This document shows, one piece after another, positions 22,130 to 33,710 of a stretch of DNA of 64,000 bases. The notes beneath the pieces were generated by a model. That model had not been told where the DNA came from. It saw only the letters and a program-made list of their open reading frames with translations, and ran no database searches. Both the position numbers and the translations under genes were made by a program. Origin of the DNA: Mobula hypostoma (Eukaryota); assembly GCF_963921235.1 (NCBI RefSeq), contig NC_086106.1, positions 20,956,001 through 21,020,000 of the forward strand, in the 5' to 3' direction. Positions within the stretch are counted from its first letter, which is position 1, and each line of letters starts with the position of its first letter.

Positions 22130-25100
22130 GACCAGTAGGACCATTCCATAAGGCCATAACACCATTAGGCATCGAGGCAGAACTTAGCATTTGATCCACT
22201 ATTCCATCATGGATGCTTTATTATCCCTCAGCTCTACTGTCTTGCGTCTTTTTCGTAAACCTTGACGACACATTTACGAAACTCTAGCGAGTCCAAAGCT
22301 ATCACCCCGTGTTCAGCCGTTAATCCGTTCATTCCCGGAATCAACATTGTCACCGTCTCCTGGACCCTGTGCAATGTCAGCACGCAGTCCTTGGTCCAAA
22401 ACGGCTAACAATACTTCACGTGCAGTCTGCCAAAACCAACGAAAGCACCAGCATCACATAACACCATACAGTTTAAGACATAAGAGTAGAATTAGGGCAT
22501 TGGTCCCATCGAATCTGCTCCGCCATTCAATCATGGCTGATCACTTACCATGGCTCGTTAGCCCCATTCCCCGACCTTCTCCCAGTAAACCTAAATGCCG
22601 TGGCCACTGAAAAACCTATCAATCTCTGCGTTAAATACACCCGAAGACCAGGTCTACTCTGCTGCATGTGAAAACAACATCCACACATTTATCATACTCT
22701 GGCTAAAGTAATTTCTCCACATCTCTGTTTTAAATGGACGTATTCCTATCATGTGACTGTACCCCCTTGTCTTACACTACCTAACCATGGGAAATATCGT
22801 TCCCAGTTCTGCTCTAGATTTTTCGACATTCGAAAGGTTGCATTGAAAATCCCTGAACCTTATAAATTCGAGAGGTTACAGACAAACAGCCATTAATCGT
22901 GCCTCGCATGATAACTGTTCATTCCGCAATCATGTTTGTGAAACACCTCTGATCATTCTCCATGGCCAGGACATCCTTTCTTTTACTAGAAACCCAAAGC
23001 TGTTCAGAATCCTCGAGGTGAGGCCTCTGCAGACTCATTTAAGGTCTCAGCATCACATCCCTGTCTTATAATCTATAGCTCTTGAAATTAATTCTATCCT
23101 TGCATTTGCCTTCCTAACACACCGAAGGAACTTGCAAGTTAACGTTTAAGGTGTTCTGCACAACGACTCCCAAGTCCCTTTGCGTGTAAGATTATCGGGT
23201 TTTCTTCACTTTTAGAAAATAGATGTTACATTTATTTCTACTGCCAAAGAGCATTACCATGCATTTTCCAGCATTATATTTCATTTGACACTTCCTTATC
23301 TATTCCCTTAATTTCTGTTTCTTCAATACTACCGGGTTCTCCACCTATCTTCGTATCATCTGCAAACTTGGCAACAAAGCTATCTACTCCATAATCTAGA
23401 TCACTGATATACAGCATAAAAAGCAGCAGTCCCTACATCGAACCCGGCAGAACATCAGTAGTGTATGGCGGCTAATCAGAAAAGGATACTTTTATTTCCA
23501 CACGCGGCCACCTACCAATCAGTCCATGCTCTAACGATGCTACAAAATTTCCTTTAATGCCATTTTTTTTCTTTAACTTGGTAAGCCGACTCATTCGTGG
23601 CACCTGGTGAAATCCTTCCAATAATCCAAATAAACAGCATCCACTCCATCCCCTTTACCTATCCGACCTGCAGTCTCTTTAAAGAATACCAACAGGTCGA
23701 TCAGGCAAGATTTTCGCTCAAGGAAAACTTGCTGACTTTGGCATATCTTATTCTGTGTCACCAGCTATTCCATAATCCCGTCCTTAACAATTGACACCAA
23801 CATCTTCCCAACCACTGAGGTGAGGCTAACCAGTATATATTTTTTTCCTTTCTGCTGCCACCCTCCTTTCTTAAGGAGTGGACTGGCATTTGAAAATTTC
23901 CACTCCTCTGAAAGCATGCCAGAGACAAACATTCTTGGAAAATCATGACCCATGCCTCAACAATTTTCACCCCCAACTATTTCAGAACCCTAGGGCCCAG
24001 ATTATCTGTTCCGGGTGATAATGTGCCTTAGGCATTTTAAATGTTTGACACCTTCTCCGGTATAATAGTGACTGAACGTACTTCTATTTCCTCAGCCCCT
24101 TCAACACCTGGCACACCTCTAGGTTCTTACACAATGAAGACTGATGCAAAATACTCATATAGTCCATATGCTATCTCCATAAACCTAGTGACTATTTCTC
24201 GGGCCTAATTTCCTAGCCTTAAGATATACACTCCCATCTCTCTTATTTTTTTTTTTTACATACCTGACAAAGTCTTTTCTGTTCACCTTGCTGTTGTTTG
24301 CTAGATTGCGTTCATGTTTTCTTCCTAATGGTTATTTTAGTTGCTGTCTGCGTTTTAAACGCGTTGCAATCCTGTATTTTTTTTTCCCGCTATGTTTGCT
24401 TTGTTGTATGCCCTCTCTTTTTTTTCGACTTTAGCTTCGATTTTCCCTGTCGGCCATGGTTGTACTATTATGCCCTTTGAGTATATCCGTGTGTTTGGAA
24501 TACATATAACTTGCATCCTCCTAATTTTTTTTTTCCTGGAAGCTCAAGTCATTGCAGAACAGCTTCCATCCCTGCTAGTGTCAACTTCCAACTTATTTTA
24601 CCAACACCTCTCTCATATCAATGTAATCTCCTTTACTCTACTGAAATACTGCTACGTTAGACTTTACTGTCACTCGATCAAATTTCAAGTGTAACTCAGT
24701 CATACTGTGATCACTGTCTTCGCAGATCTTCCTTACCTTAAGCTCCCAAATTCCCTTAGATTTATTACATAACAACCAATTCATTATATCTTAACCTCAG
24801 TAGGATCAAGGCGAACTGCTCTGAAAGCTACGTGGTAGGCATCCAACACGTTTCTCCTCTTGAGATCCATTACGGATCTGATTATTTCAAATTGAAGTCG
24901 GTATTAAAATCTCCCATGACTTACATATCATTGTCCTTATAACACGTGTTTTATATTTCCCAGTTTTATCTGTAGGCCACATCCCAGCTACTGTCTAGAG
25001 GGCTTTAGAAAGCTTTCATCACGGTCGCTTTAGCCTTGCGGTTTCTTAGCTCAACTCACAAGCATTCAATGTCTTCCGATAATATGTCACACCCTTCTAA

Positions 25101-25930
25101 TAATTTGATGCCCTCCTTTACCAGCAAAACTACGCTCCCCAGCCTAAATCCCTATAGCTCCGATACAATCTGTGACCTTGGACACTCAGCTTCCAACTAC
25201 AGCAATCCTTCAGTCATGATTCATTCATAATTACAACATTATGCCCAACGATCTGTAAAAGTAGCACAAGATCATCGATCTTATTTCTTATACTTTATGA
25301 TTGAAACATAACCCTTGGAGTATTGTATTTGCTACTGTACATAACACCCGGGACTTCCGCAGAATCTCCTGTCTGTCCCTCTGATTATTGAGCTTTCTAT
25401 CATTACCTCTTCACTTTTCTCCCTCTTTCCCTTCTGGACCACGGAACCATGCTAAATCCCAGTAAAATGATTTCTGAGGCATTCCACTGGGTAGTCTTCN
25501 NNNNNNNNNNNNNNNNNNNNNNNNNNNNNNNNNNNNNNNNNNNNNNNNNNNNNNNNNNNNNNNNNNNNNNNNNNNNNNNNNNNNNNNNNNNNNNNNNNNN
25601 NNNNNNNNNNNNNNNNNNNNNNNNNNNNNNNNNNNNNNNNNNNCCATTCACCTTCCCAGACATTCTCCTGACAGCCACCCAGCTTCCCGTATCCTGTAGC
25701 GTTACTATTTCCCTGTAACTACGATGGATGATCTCCTCACTCTGCCGTGCGAGCAAAAGGTCGTCAATCTGCGGCTCCAGATACCTGACACAGCCTTTAA
25801 TGTGCTGTAGCATGCTGCACTTTACACAGATGCAGTTCTCTGAATTTATCAGAACTTCAGCATTCGGTATGAAGAAGACACAACTCCAAGTTGACCTCAC
25901 GAAATACCCTGACACACTAAAAAAAAAGGA
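22130..25930 (-). mobile_element. Long decayed CR1 LINE (ORF1 part, endonuclease, RT, tail), interrupted by a gap
   Basis: ORF 23758..23976 FQ.SL.SG..P..W...NASPLLKKGG.QKKG.Y..VSLTSVVGKMLVSIVKD. ORF 25403..25915 shows CR1 ORF1-like CVKC..LQ. Two 3' tails near 22150 and 22470. Confidence 0.85.
25500..25643. other. Assembly gap (144 N)
   Basis: Run of N. Confidence 1.
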
Positions 25931-26535
25931 AACTTAAGAGAAACTGATTTGATGGAGACAGACGTGAGAGTACGGAGGAACATCTGGAGAAATTTCTGAA
26001 ATGCCACTTCTCTGCCGCTGCTCCTGTGAGGTCCTGAATCTCAGGAGCAGAAGACCCCGATTGCTCGGCTTTGCTTGTTTCGGCGCCCGGGGCGAGGTGG
26101 AAGGCGCTCGGCAGAGGATGGCGCTCGGGAGGCTGTATCGGAGGAGCTGGTCGGAGTCTCGATGTTTTCGGACGGACGGACTCAGTGTCGGTTGTGGCAG
26201 ATGCTTCCAATGCATCGGCAGTTTTCGGTGCCTGGAGATTTATGACAGGGAGTTTCTCCATTTTGCCGCCTGCTATCGGGGACTATCGGGTGTCGATCGG
26301 GACTTTGAGACTTGTTTTTTATCTTGTCCAAGGTCTGCTCTTTATCAAATTATGGTATTGCTTTGCACTGCTGTAACTATATGCTATAATTATGTGCTTC
26401 GGTTAGTGTTAGTCTTTGGTTTGTCCTGCTTCTTTGTGATATTACTCTAGAAGAACATTATAATTTCTTAATGCATGCATGCATTCCTAAATGACAATAA
26501 ACGACGACTGAGTGTCCTCATAATCTAATCTAAAA
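25930..26535 (+). mobile_element. LINE 3' UTR/tail ending in (TAATC)n
   Basis: GC-rich 3' UTR-like sequence followed by AATAAA and a TAATCTAATCTAA microsatellite tail. Confidence 0.5.
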
Positions 26536-26889
26536 AATCTTTAAAAAAACAACTTATCCAAAGCCAACGCCACTTCCTAGCCGAAACCTCCTTCCGCCAT
26601 GGCCCGACACAAGCACTCTCACCACTGGCCCATTCCCAACCGTGTTCGCTTCAACAAATATCGCCCTGCCGGCGCATTCTGTTTCTTTTTTTTACTCCTC
26701 TCTACGCTGCTCCCGCCGCACCGAATTATACTGAACGGCCGCGAAACTGTCCTTTTAAATGAGCGCAGCCGACTTGCAAGCAACATCCCGTTTGTGCGCT
26801 GCTCTTGGCTCTAATATTCTAATTCCCTCGAAAAGAAAGCTAACATTGTATTTCCTTTTTCACCACCGACTCAACCTGCAAATGAGCCT

Positions 26890-27530
26890 TTAGTAATAAA
26901 GGCAGAGAGTCATAGAGAAGTACAGTATATAAACATGCCATTCGGTCAATCTAGTCCGTGTCCTCCATTTAAACTGCCTACTCGTAGCGGCCAAACCACT
27001 AGCATCCGTGTGCTTAACCAACGTTGTTTTCAACGTCCAAAACTTACACTGCATGCACTACTTGTGCTGACATCTCGTTCCACAATGTTACGACCGTCTG
27101 AGTGAAGAAACTTCTCCTCATGCTCCGCTTAAACATTTGACTAACACGTAACTCATGACCTCTGTTTGTAGTCGTCCCTAACATCGGTAGAAAAAGCATG
27201 TTTTCATCTCCCCTATCTATATCCCTCATAATTTTCTGTGCATTAAATTCAATGTTCTTATAACCTTTTCGGATTACTGCACAAGGGCTCTCAAGTGCTT
27301 TTGTGCATCTCATATTTGAATTTTATTTCCGTTTAGAAAGTATTCAACGCCTTTACTCCTTCCACAAATTAAATTTCGATACACTTTCGTGCACTATTTT
27401 CATTTGCACTCCTTTGGCCATTCTCCAAATCTTGCTAGTCCTTCTACAGACTCCATACTTCCTCAAAACTACGTGTCCCTTTACTTATCTTTGTATGTCT
27501 GCACACATGCCCACAAAACCATCAGTTCCG
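26890..27530 (-). mobile_element. CR1 LINE 3' fragment
   Basis: ORF 27044..27313 ..KIMRDIDR..T.NRGH.L....F..SMRRSFFTQTVVTLWN. Confidence 0.8.
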
Positions 27531-27534
27531 TCAT

Positions 27535-27645
27535 CTAACAACACACAACAAAGTTGCTGGTGAACGCAGCAGGCCAGACTCTAGGTAGAAGCACAGTCGA
27601 CGTTTCGGGCGGAGACCCTTCGTCAGGACTAACTGAAGGAAGGCT
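27535..27645 (-). mobile_element. PLE terminal fragment containing an intact minimal hammerhead (27595-27630)
   Basis: Minus strand reads AGTC CTGACGA AGGGTCTCCGCCC GAAA CG TC GACT, the same family as the 9474 and 48176 inserts. Confidence 0.78.
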
Positions 27646-28510
27646 TACTAATGGTGTCTAGTGGTTTTCCACAAGGATCTGGTTTGGGACAAGTTTGTCT
27701 TCTGTTATTTGTCAATGCTTTAGATGATAGAAATGATGTTTTTCTTGCAAGCTTTCCAGGCGATCTGAAAATGGGTGGAGGGGCAGGTAGTTAAAGTACA
27801 GAAGGAAAAAGCAGGTTAGAAGAATTGACAAATAAATAGATGATGGAATGGGGTGTTGGAAGTGTATGGGCATAAATTGTGATAGGAAGTATGAAAGGGT
27901 CGATTACTTTTTTAATGCAGATACAAAACAAAAGCCCGCAAAGGGACTTGAGAGTTATTGTACACGATTCCCTGTTGTATACTAGCAGATTGTTTCTGTG
28001 ATGAGGAAGGAAAATGTGATGTTTGCATTCATTTGAAAAGGGCTTGTATATTATAAAAATAACGTAATGTTGATTTTTTATTAAACAATGGTGAGTTGTT
28101 TGAGGGTTCTGGACTTGTATTTATTGGGGTTCAGTAGAATGATGGGTTACCCAAATGAAACGTATCGAATGTGAAAGGACTTTTTAGAGTGAATGTGGAG
28201 AGGATGATTCCTATGGGGGGAGAGGCCAAGACCAGGGGACACGGCCTCAGAAGAGAAACTTATTTAGTCAGACAGTGTTGGATCTGTGGAATTATTTGAC
28301 TCAGGCTGTTGTGGTGTTCAAATACATATGCATATTTAAGGCAGAACTAATAGATACTTAATTGCTAAGTGCATGAGGGGGAAGGGTGTGGCAGGTGGAG
28401 AGGACGGGAGAGGCAGGATATTGGGGCTGAGGAAAATTGGATTAGACCTGCTGAAATAATGGAACAGACTCGATGGGACAAATGGCTATATTCTGCTCCT
28501 GCATCTTCCC
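27645..28510 (+). mobile_element. CR1 LINE RT 3' part with tail
   Basis: Decayed GVPQGS.LG..LF..F.N.LD and FADD-region sequence, ending in a CAGACTCGATGGG..AAATGGC..ATTCTGCTCCT tail. Confidence 0.75.
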
Positions 28511-30709
28511 GGAATAGCTAGAGTCGTGTTGTCCACGAACTTTGGATTTTATTAGATTTGTCTGTGGGGGCACAGCTATTTATCTAATGTGAGTACACGA
28601 GGGGTGAATACAAACATCCACGTGGAGAACCTGTGCTTATAAAATCCTTGAGGAAATGAAGGGTTTGAAGATATATAAATCATGTATACCAAAATGTTCA
28701 CGTTCAGAAATTAAGTGATTGTGGATGCATTTGTAATGATATTTCAAGAACGACTAGCTTCTGAGATTTCGGATCAGAACATACTGTCTTCGTTCGTTTC
28801 AGGGAGAACGGGGGAGAGATGGAGAGGGAGAGGAAGAGGGAGGGTTGAGTAAGATAACGTGATTACGTGAATTGGAAGAAGATATTTAGAATGGAAGAAG
28901 ACAATCATTAAGAAAGAGAACGAAGATAAAAAGAAAGAAATAAAAACAGTGTCAGAGAACAAATCAAGGAACAGATAAGAACATCCAGTAGACGTGTCCG
29001 TAGGAGAGGACTGCGCCTGAAATAAATAAGAAACAGACGTACAAAAAGATGTGTGTGACAGAATTTCTGACATGCATAAGGAAGTGTATAAATATTGATA
29101 TCATGAGGACATCTGAGATCGTCTTGGCGAGAGAACTTGAGAAAATGAAAGGGGCGAGTTTCTGCTCGTGTGTTGCCCCTTGTGACAGAGAAATAGAAAA
29201 AAGGAATGGATAGATATCGAAGGAGATAGAGATAGATAGAACGTCGCTAGATAGATAGAGAGGACAGGTGTCGGGGCGGGGGGAGAGAAAGGCGGTGACG
29301 GCCCAGCTCTAGTAGAGGGTATTGTGAGGTGTGAAAGAAATGGAAGGCAACACAGAGAGGAAAGAACGGAATCTTTTTTGGCGACGAGAAGGGGTGCAGG
29401 AGTGAGGTAGATAGGTTGGTTGTGTGGTGTTACAAGAACCTTGCACAACGTCAGCAAGTCAAACGAAGTGATTGTGAACTTCAGGAAAGCGAAGCCCAGA
29501 GAGCAATCAAAATTTCCAATTGATAGGTCAATGGTAGAATAGGTGAGACGATTTAATGTTTGAGGAAGTGCTTCCTCCTCTCCGCCACGTGATTTTTGAA
29601 TGGTCAATGGCAACTGAACACAACATCATATTTTACATTTTTTTGCGCTATTTATTTTATAACATACATTCTAGTAATGTTTTGCTGCAGCAGTCATAAT
29701 AAGCCTCAATTATTATTAAGAGGATGAGAGAGGGGAATTCGGGTATGAAGTTTGGCAAAATATATTTGAAGAGTTTAATGCAGATTCACATAGACGACTC
29801 TCTACTTACATGAATTAAGACAAAGAACCAAGGAGCACGGAGTTGCATTTGCTGCAGCGATACCATGTGATTTCAGACGTCAATTGCTGACGCTGTCGCA
29901 GACTCCCTATTGAAATGAATTGACAATCTTCCAGAAGGTCCGAAGTGAGAAAGTGGAACATGAAAATACTGTTTATCTGATGGATAGTTACACAGCTCAC
30001 CGGAATCACTAAATCTCATCTTCCCCTGCACTTATACTGTATTTTCCAGCGATAGCATTTCAACAGCAGGAACTGCTGTTTACAGTTGCGGATGGGAGTT
30101 CGAGCATCATCGGTAAGGACGTTTATCCACATGACTGTGCCCAATCATGCTTGCCCTTGAGGTGGTAGCATTGAGACGCCCTCTTGGCTATCATGCAGTC
30201 ATTTGTGTAATTCCCTGCATCTGAGAAAGGGATGACGAGAAAAATTTGGTACAACCCTCTGCTCAATGGCTATTTTGTTGAAATCATGAAACTAAGCAGA
30301 TCGTCAAGGACCCTTACTCCAGATTCAAATTGCAGTTTCAAACTTGCCATTTCAGTGAACTAGCCTGACAAACTCGTGTCATGGAAATCGCCGTAAGTCT
30401 CGCCATGATTCTGATTCATAAGTCATGTAAGCTTCGCCTATACTTTTTCATTCCTCGCGGGAATTTTGATATTCATTTGCGCGAATCAGTATTCGACAGG
30501 CCAGCAAAAAGAAGGGTTTACAACTTTAATGAGTTTGAAACGATGGTCGATTTTTTAAATGGCAAACACTAACATGTGAACTAATTCCAAATAAATAAAA
30601 CAAGACGGTTGATCGTCGTCAGGCATACAGTTATTACTTGTTAATACCGAGCTACGAGATTTTCCAGACAAATACACGGTAGTGAGGTATCAACGAAATA
30701 GAGAGAGAC

Positions 30710-30761
30710 ATGAAAGCCAATTCAAGCATCTACGACAATTTCCCTTTCTTGTCCTTAACCG
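30710..30761 (+). pseudogene. Candidate leader exon (L-PART1) of V2 with a non-canonical donor
   Basis: ATG..MKANSSIYDNFPFLSLT+G ends in phase 1, 95 nt before the V2 acceptor. The donor position reads CTAGGA rather than GT. Confidence 0.35.
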
Positions 30762-30856
30762 CTAGGATATGATCTAGTGAAATAAAAATCTATTGGCGTG
30801 CAATGGTTTGGTCTTCCAAAGCTTTAGCTATCTCTATTAATTTATTTTATTAACAG

Positions 30857-31157
30857 GTGCCAATCCTAAACTTGTACTGACACAGCCAGATTCAAGGAAT
30901 GTGCGCGATGGGGACGATTATCAGATCCAGTGCAAAATGACAGGAGGCGACATTACTGACTATATCATGTTCTGGTACAGGCAATTTCTTGGAAAAAAAC
31001 CTGGCAGGGGCAATTACATACTATGACTCCACCACCGTCAGTTATGCTCCCGATCTCCGTGGTGGATTTAAATGCACAGCCAATTTCTCCGTCTTGCTTT
31101 TGGACATTAGACTGATTGGGGTCGATGACGTTGCCACGTATTACTGTGATGCGAGTA
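30857..31157 (+). pseudogene. Antigen-receptor V gene segment V2, frameshifted (+1 A)
   Basis: Acceptor TTATTAACAG | GT GCC AAT CCT | KLVLTQPDSRNVRDGDDYQIQC KMTGGDITDYIMFW YRQFLG, then an A7 run (30993-30999) giving a stop at 31024. With A6 it continues KNLAGAITYYDSTTVSYAPDLRGGFKCTANFSVLLLDIRLIGVDDVATYYC DAS. By hand, 37/93 residues are identical to V1 without gaps. Confidence 0.9.
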
Positions 31158-31195
31158 CACAGTGGTGCAATTGGTGTTCGAACATGTATAAAACC
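31158..31195 (+). promoter_or_regulatory. RSS of V2 (heptamer CACAGTG, 22-nt spacer, nonamer TATAAAACC)
   Basis: Consensus heptamer at 31158-31164, spacer 31165-31186, nonamer 31187-31195. Confidence 0.9.
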
Positions 31196-31869
31196 TCAAA
31201 CACTTTAACTCCCCCAATCTAAGGGTTTTTGAAAGAACCTAAGAGCATTGAACCTAAGGGCAGAAGCACGTCATACATCAAAATGCGACAATTTCGGCAA
31301 TGGTTTTGCAAATAACAAAGCGGAGGTTCAAAGCCCCTGATTTCAGATTTACTCCACCCTTTATCACTAAACCGTTAACATCCGTTTGGGTCCAGATTTA
31401 CAATAATTCACCACCTTTTCATTCAGAAAGTTCTTATCATATCTCAGTTCAGATTAGGCAACTCCGTTTATTCCCACTATCTAATTCTTGACACTTCACG
31501 CACGGAAGCATTGTTTTTTCACGACACTGAAATCCCACAACGTACTTGCGAGCTTCAGTGATAGCACTACATATTCCAGGAAATTAAAGAAAATGCAGAG
31601 CCAGTCGGCTGACTATCTCCTCGTTCGATAATGCAGCTTCTCCCAAAGTCATCTAACACCCAACAATTAACCCGTGTCATTTCCTATTTGTCGTTTGTCT
31701 TCCTGAGTCACAAAGAGAAATCCTACTCTTCCACGACGATGTTCCATATATGGACTGGTATGTTTTATAAATCCTGTCTATGACTTCAGCACTCCAGTTT
31801 TAACACGCAGAACATAGAACACACTTAAAAATATTTTGCAGAACAATTACGTAGTCAAATGTCCACGAA

Positions 31870-32890
31870 ACTGATCATTTTCCCCAAGAAATGCCCTTTA
31901 TTGGCATTTCCTGCATATTCACATGCTTACCTAAGGGCATCTACATCTGTCCGATCCTATGTTTCTCTGTCACCGCGCCAGGAAACGCATTCCAGTCACC
32001 CACCAATGTCGTTGTAAAAGTTTATCTGGCACATCAGGATTGATTCTACCATCCCAGTTTAAACGCATCCCATCTGTTGTTGGGCGTTTCGAACCCTGGG
32101 AAAGTGATATTGGCTGTCTGCTCAATTTCATGCCTCCTAAAAAATTATAAAGTTCTATCGGATCTTCCGCAGCTCTTGCTGTACCATCGAAAACACCCCA
32201 TATGTCTCCAGCCCTCTCTTACAGTACACGCCTGCAATCCAGGCAGCAGCCAGGTAAAATTCAAATATGGCATCCTGGTAAACTTAAGGATGAGATTGAA
32301 GCTGTTGTTAGCCACACAGTCAAAAGTATTGAGCGGCTACTTCAGAAGGCAAAGCACACCACCTTGTTGTGTCTGCGTGCTTATGCTCATTGTGCAGGAT
32401 ATGTTACTAATCCCTATTGATTGGGATCTGTATGTAAGTTAATCCAAGATCCAATTATACATAGAAGTATCGAGGCCTCTGTCTTGGAGTTTATTTCTTA
32501 GTTCTGAGGGATTATAGTGATGGATACTAAACTGTAATCAATACAGAATATCCCGTTAAATGCACCTTCTTGGTACACATATTTCATAGTTGAGGAAGAG
32601 CCAGTGTATTTGCATGTGTTTATGACCTGCTCTGACGGTCGGCAAATTGGAGCGGAGCCAAGTCACGCTTCAGGCAGCAGTTGATATGCTACATGTCAAC
32701 CGCTTAAAGCACTTTATCGCTGTGAATGTAAGTGGCATTGGACGGTAGACATTGAGGCAGTTCAATGTTCAATGTGGACACCAGTATCAATAAGCCTGCA
32801 TGAAGCGTGGAGATAGCTCAGATTGCCAAAGCTAGACATTGATGATGTCAGTAAACAGTCCAGCCAGTGTACTAGCACAGTTCTTTAGGA
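31870..32890 (-). mobile_element. CR1 3' fragment plus Rex1-type RT fragment
   Basis: CR1 tail near 31870-32060. 32560-32870 reads ..HINCCLKRDLAPLQFA.RQ.RS, a Rex1/Maui-type RT. Confidence 0.7.
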
Positions 32891-32899
32891 ACATCGTCT

Positions 32900-33710
32900 G
32901 GCGATTCAGTCTTTTCGACCACGAAAGAGCTGATTGTGACCGTCGGGAAGGGTAAGCCGAAGGAACACATACCAATCCTCTTTGAGGGATCAGAGGTGAA
33001 GAGAGTGAGCACCTTCAAGTTACTCGGTGTCATGATTTCTGAGGATCTAACATGGTCCCAACATATTGATGTTGTCATAAAGAAGGGAACACACGGTTAT
33101 ACGTTATTAGGAGTTTGTAGGGATTTGGCCTGTCAACAAATACACTCAAAAACTTCTGTAGCTTTACGGTGAAGAACATTCTGTCAGGCTGCATCACTGT
33201 CTGGTATGGAGGGGCGACTGCACAGGACCGAAAGAAGCTTCAGACGGTTGGAAATCTCATCAGCTCCATCTTGGGCACTTGCCTAAAATGTACTCAGGGC
33301 ATATTTAGGGAGCGGTGTATCAGAAAGAATGCATCCATTATTAAGGATCTACAGCACCCAGCGCATGCCCATTTTTCATGATTACCATCAGGTAGCAGAT
33401 ATAGAAGCCTGAAGGCAACCACTCAGCGATGAAGAACAGCTTCTTCCCCTCTGCCATCTGATTCCTAAATGGACATTGAAGCTTTGGACAATACCTCACT
33501 TTTTAAATATACAGTATTTCTGTTTTTGCACATTAAAACAAACATTTTAATGTACGTAATTGATGTATTTCTTTCTTTGTGTTTTATTTTTTTTATTTTG
33601 TTATTTATTTCTCTTTCTCTGCTAGATTACGTATTGCATTGAACTGCTGCTGTTAAGTTAATACATTTCTCGTCACATGCCGGTGATAATAAACCTGATT
33701 CTGATTCCGA
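32900..33710 (+). mobile_element. Rex1/L2-type LINE 3' end
   Basis: ORFs 32936..33172 (HIPILFEGSEVKRVSTFKLLGVMISEDLTWSQHID) and 33169..33381 (SILSGCITVWYG..TAQDRKKLQ), with tail GATAATAAACCTGATTCTGATTC. Confidence 0.88.

Noticed and set aside
31224-31304. GGTTTTTGA nonamer and an FGNG motif downstream of V2 as a D or J segment
   Set aside because: No heptamer at the correct spacing, FGNG is not followed by T-x-L-x-V, and there is no splice donor.
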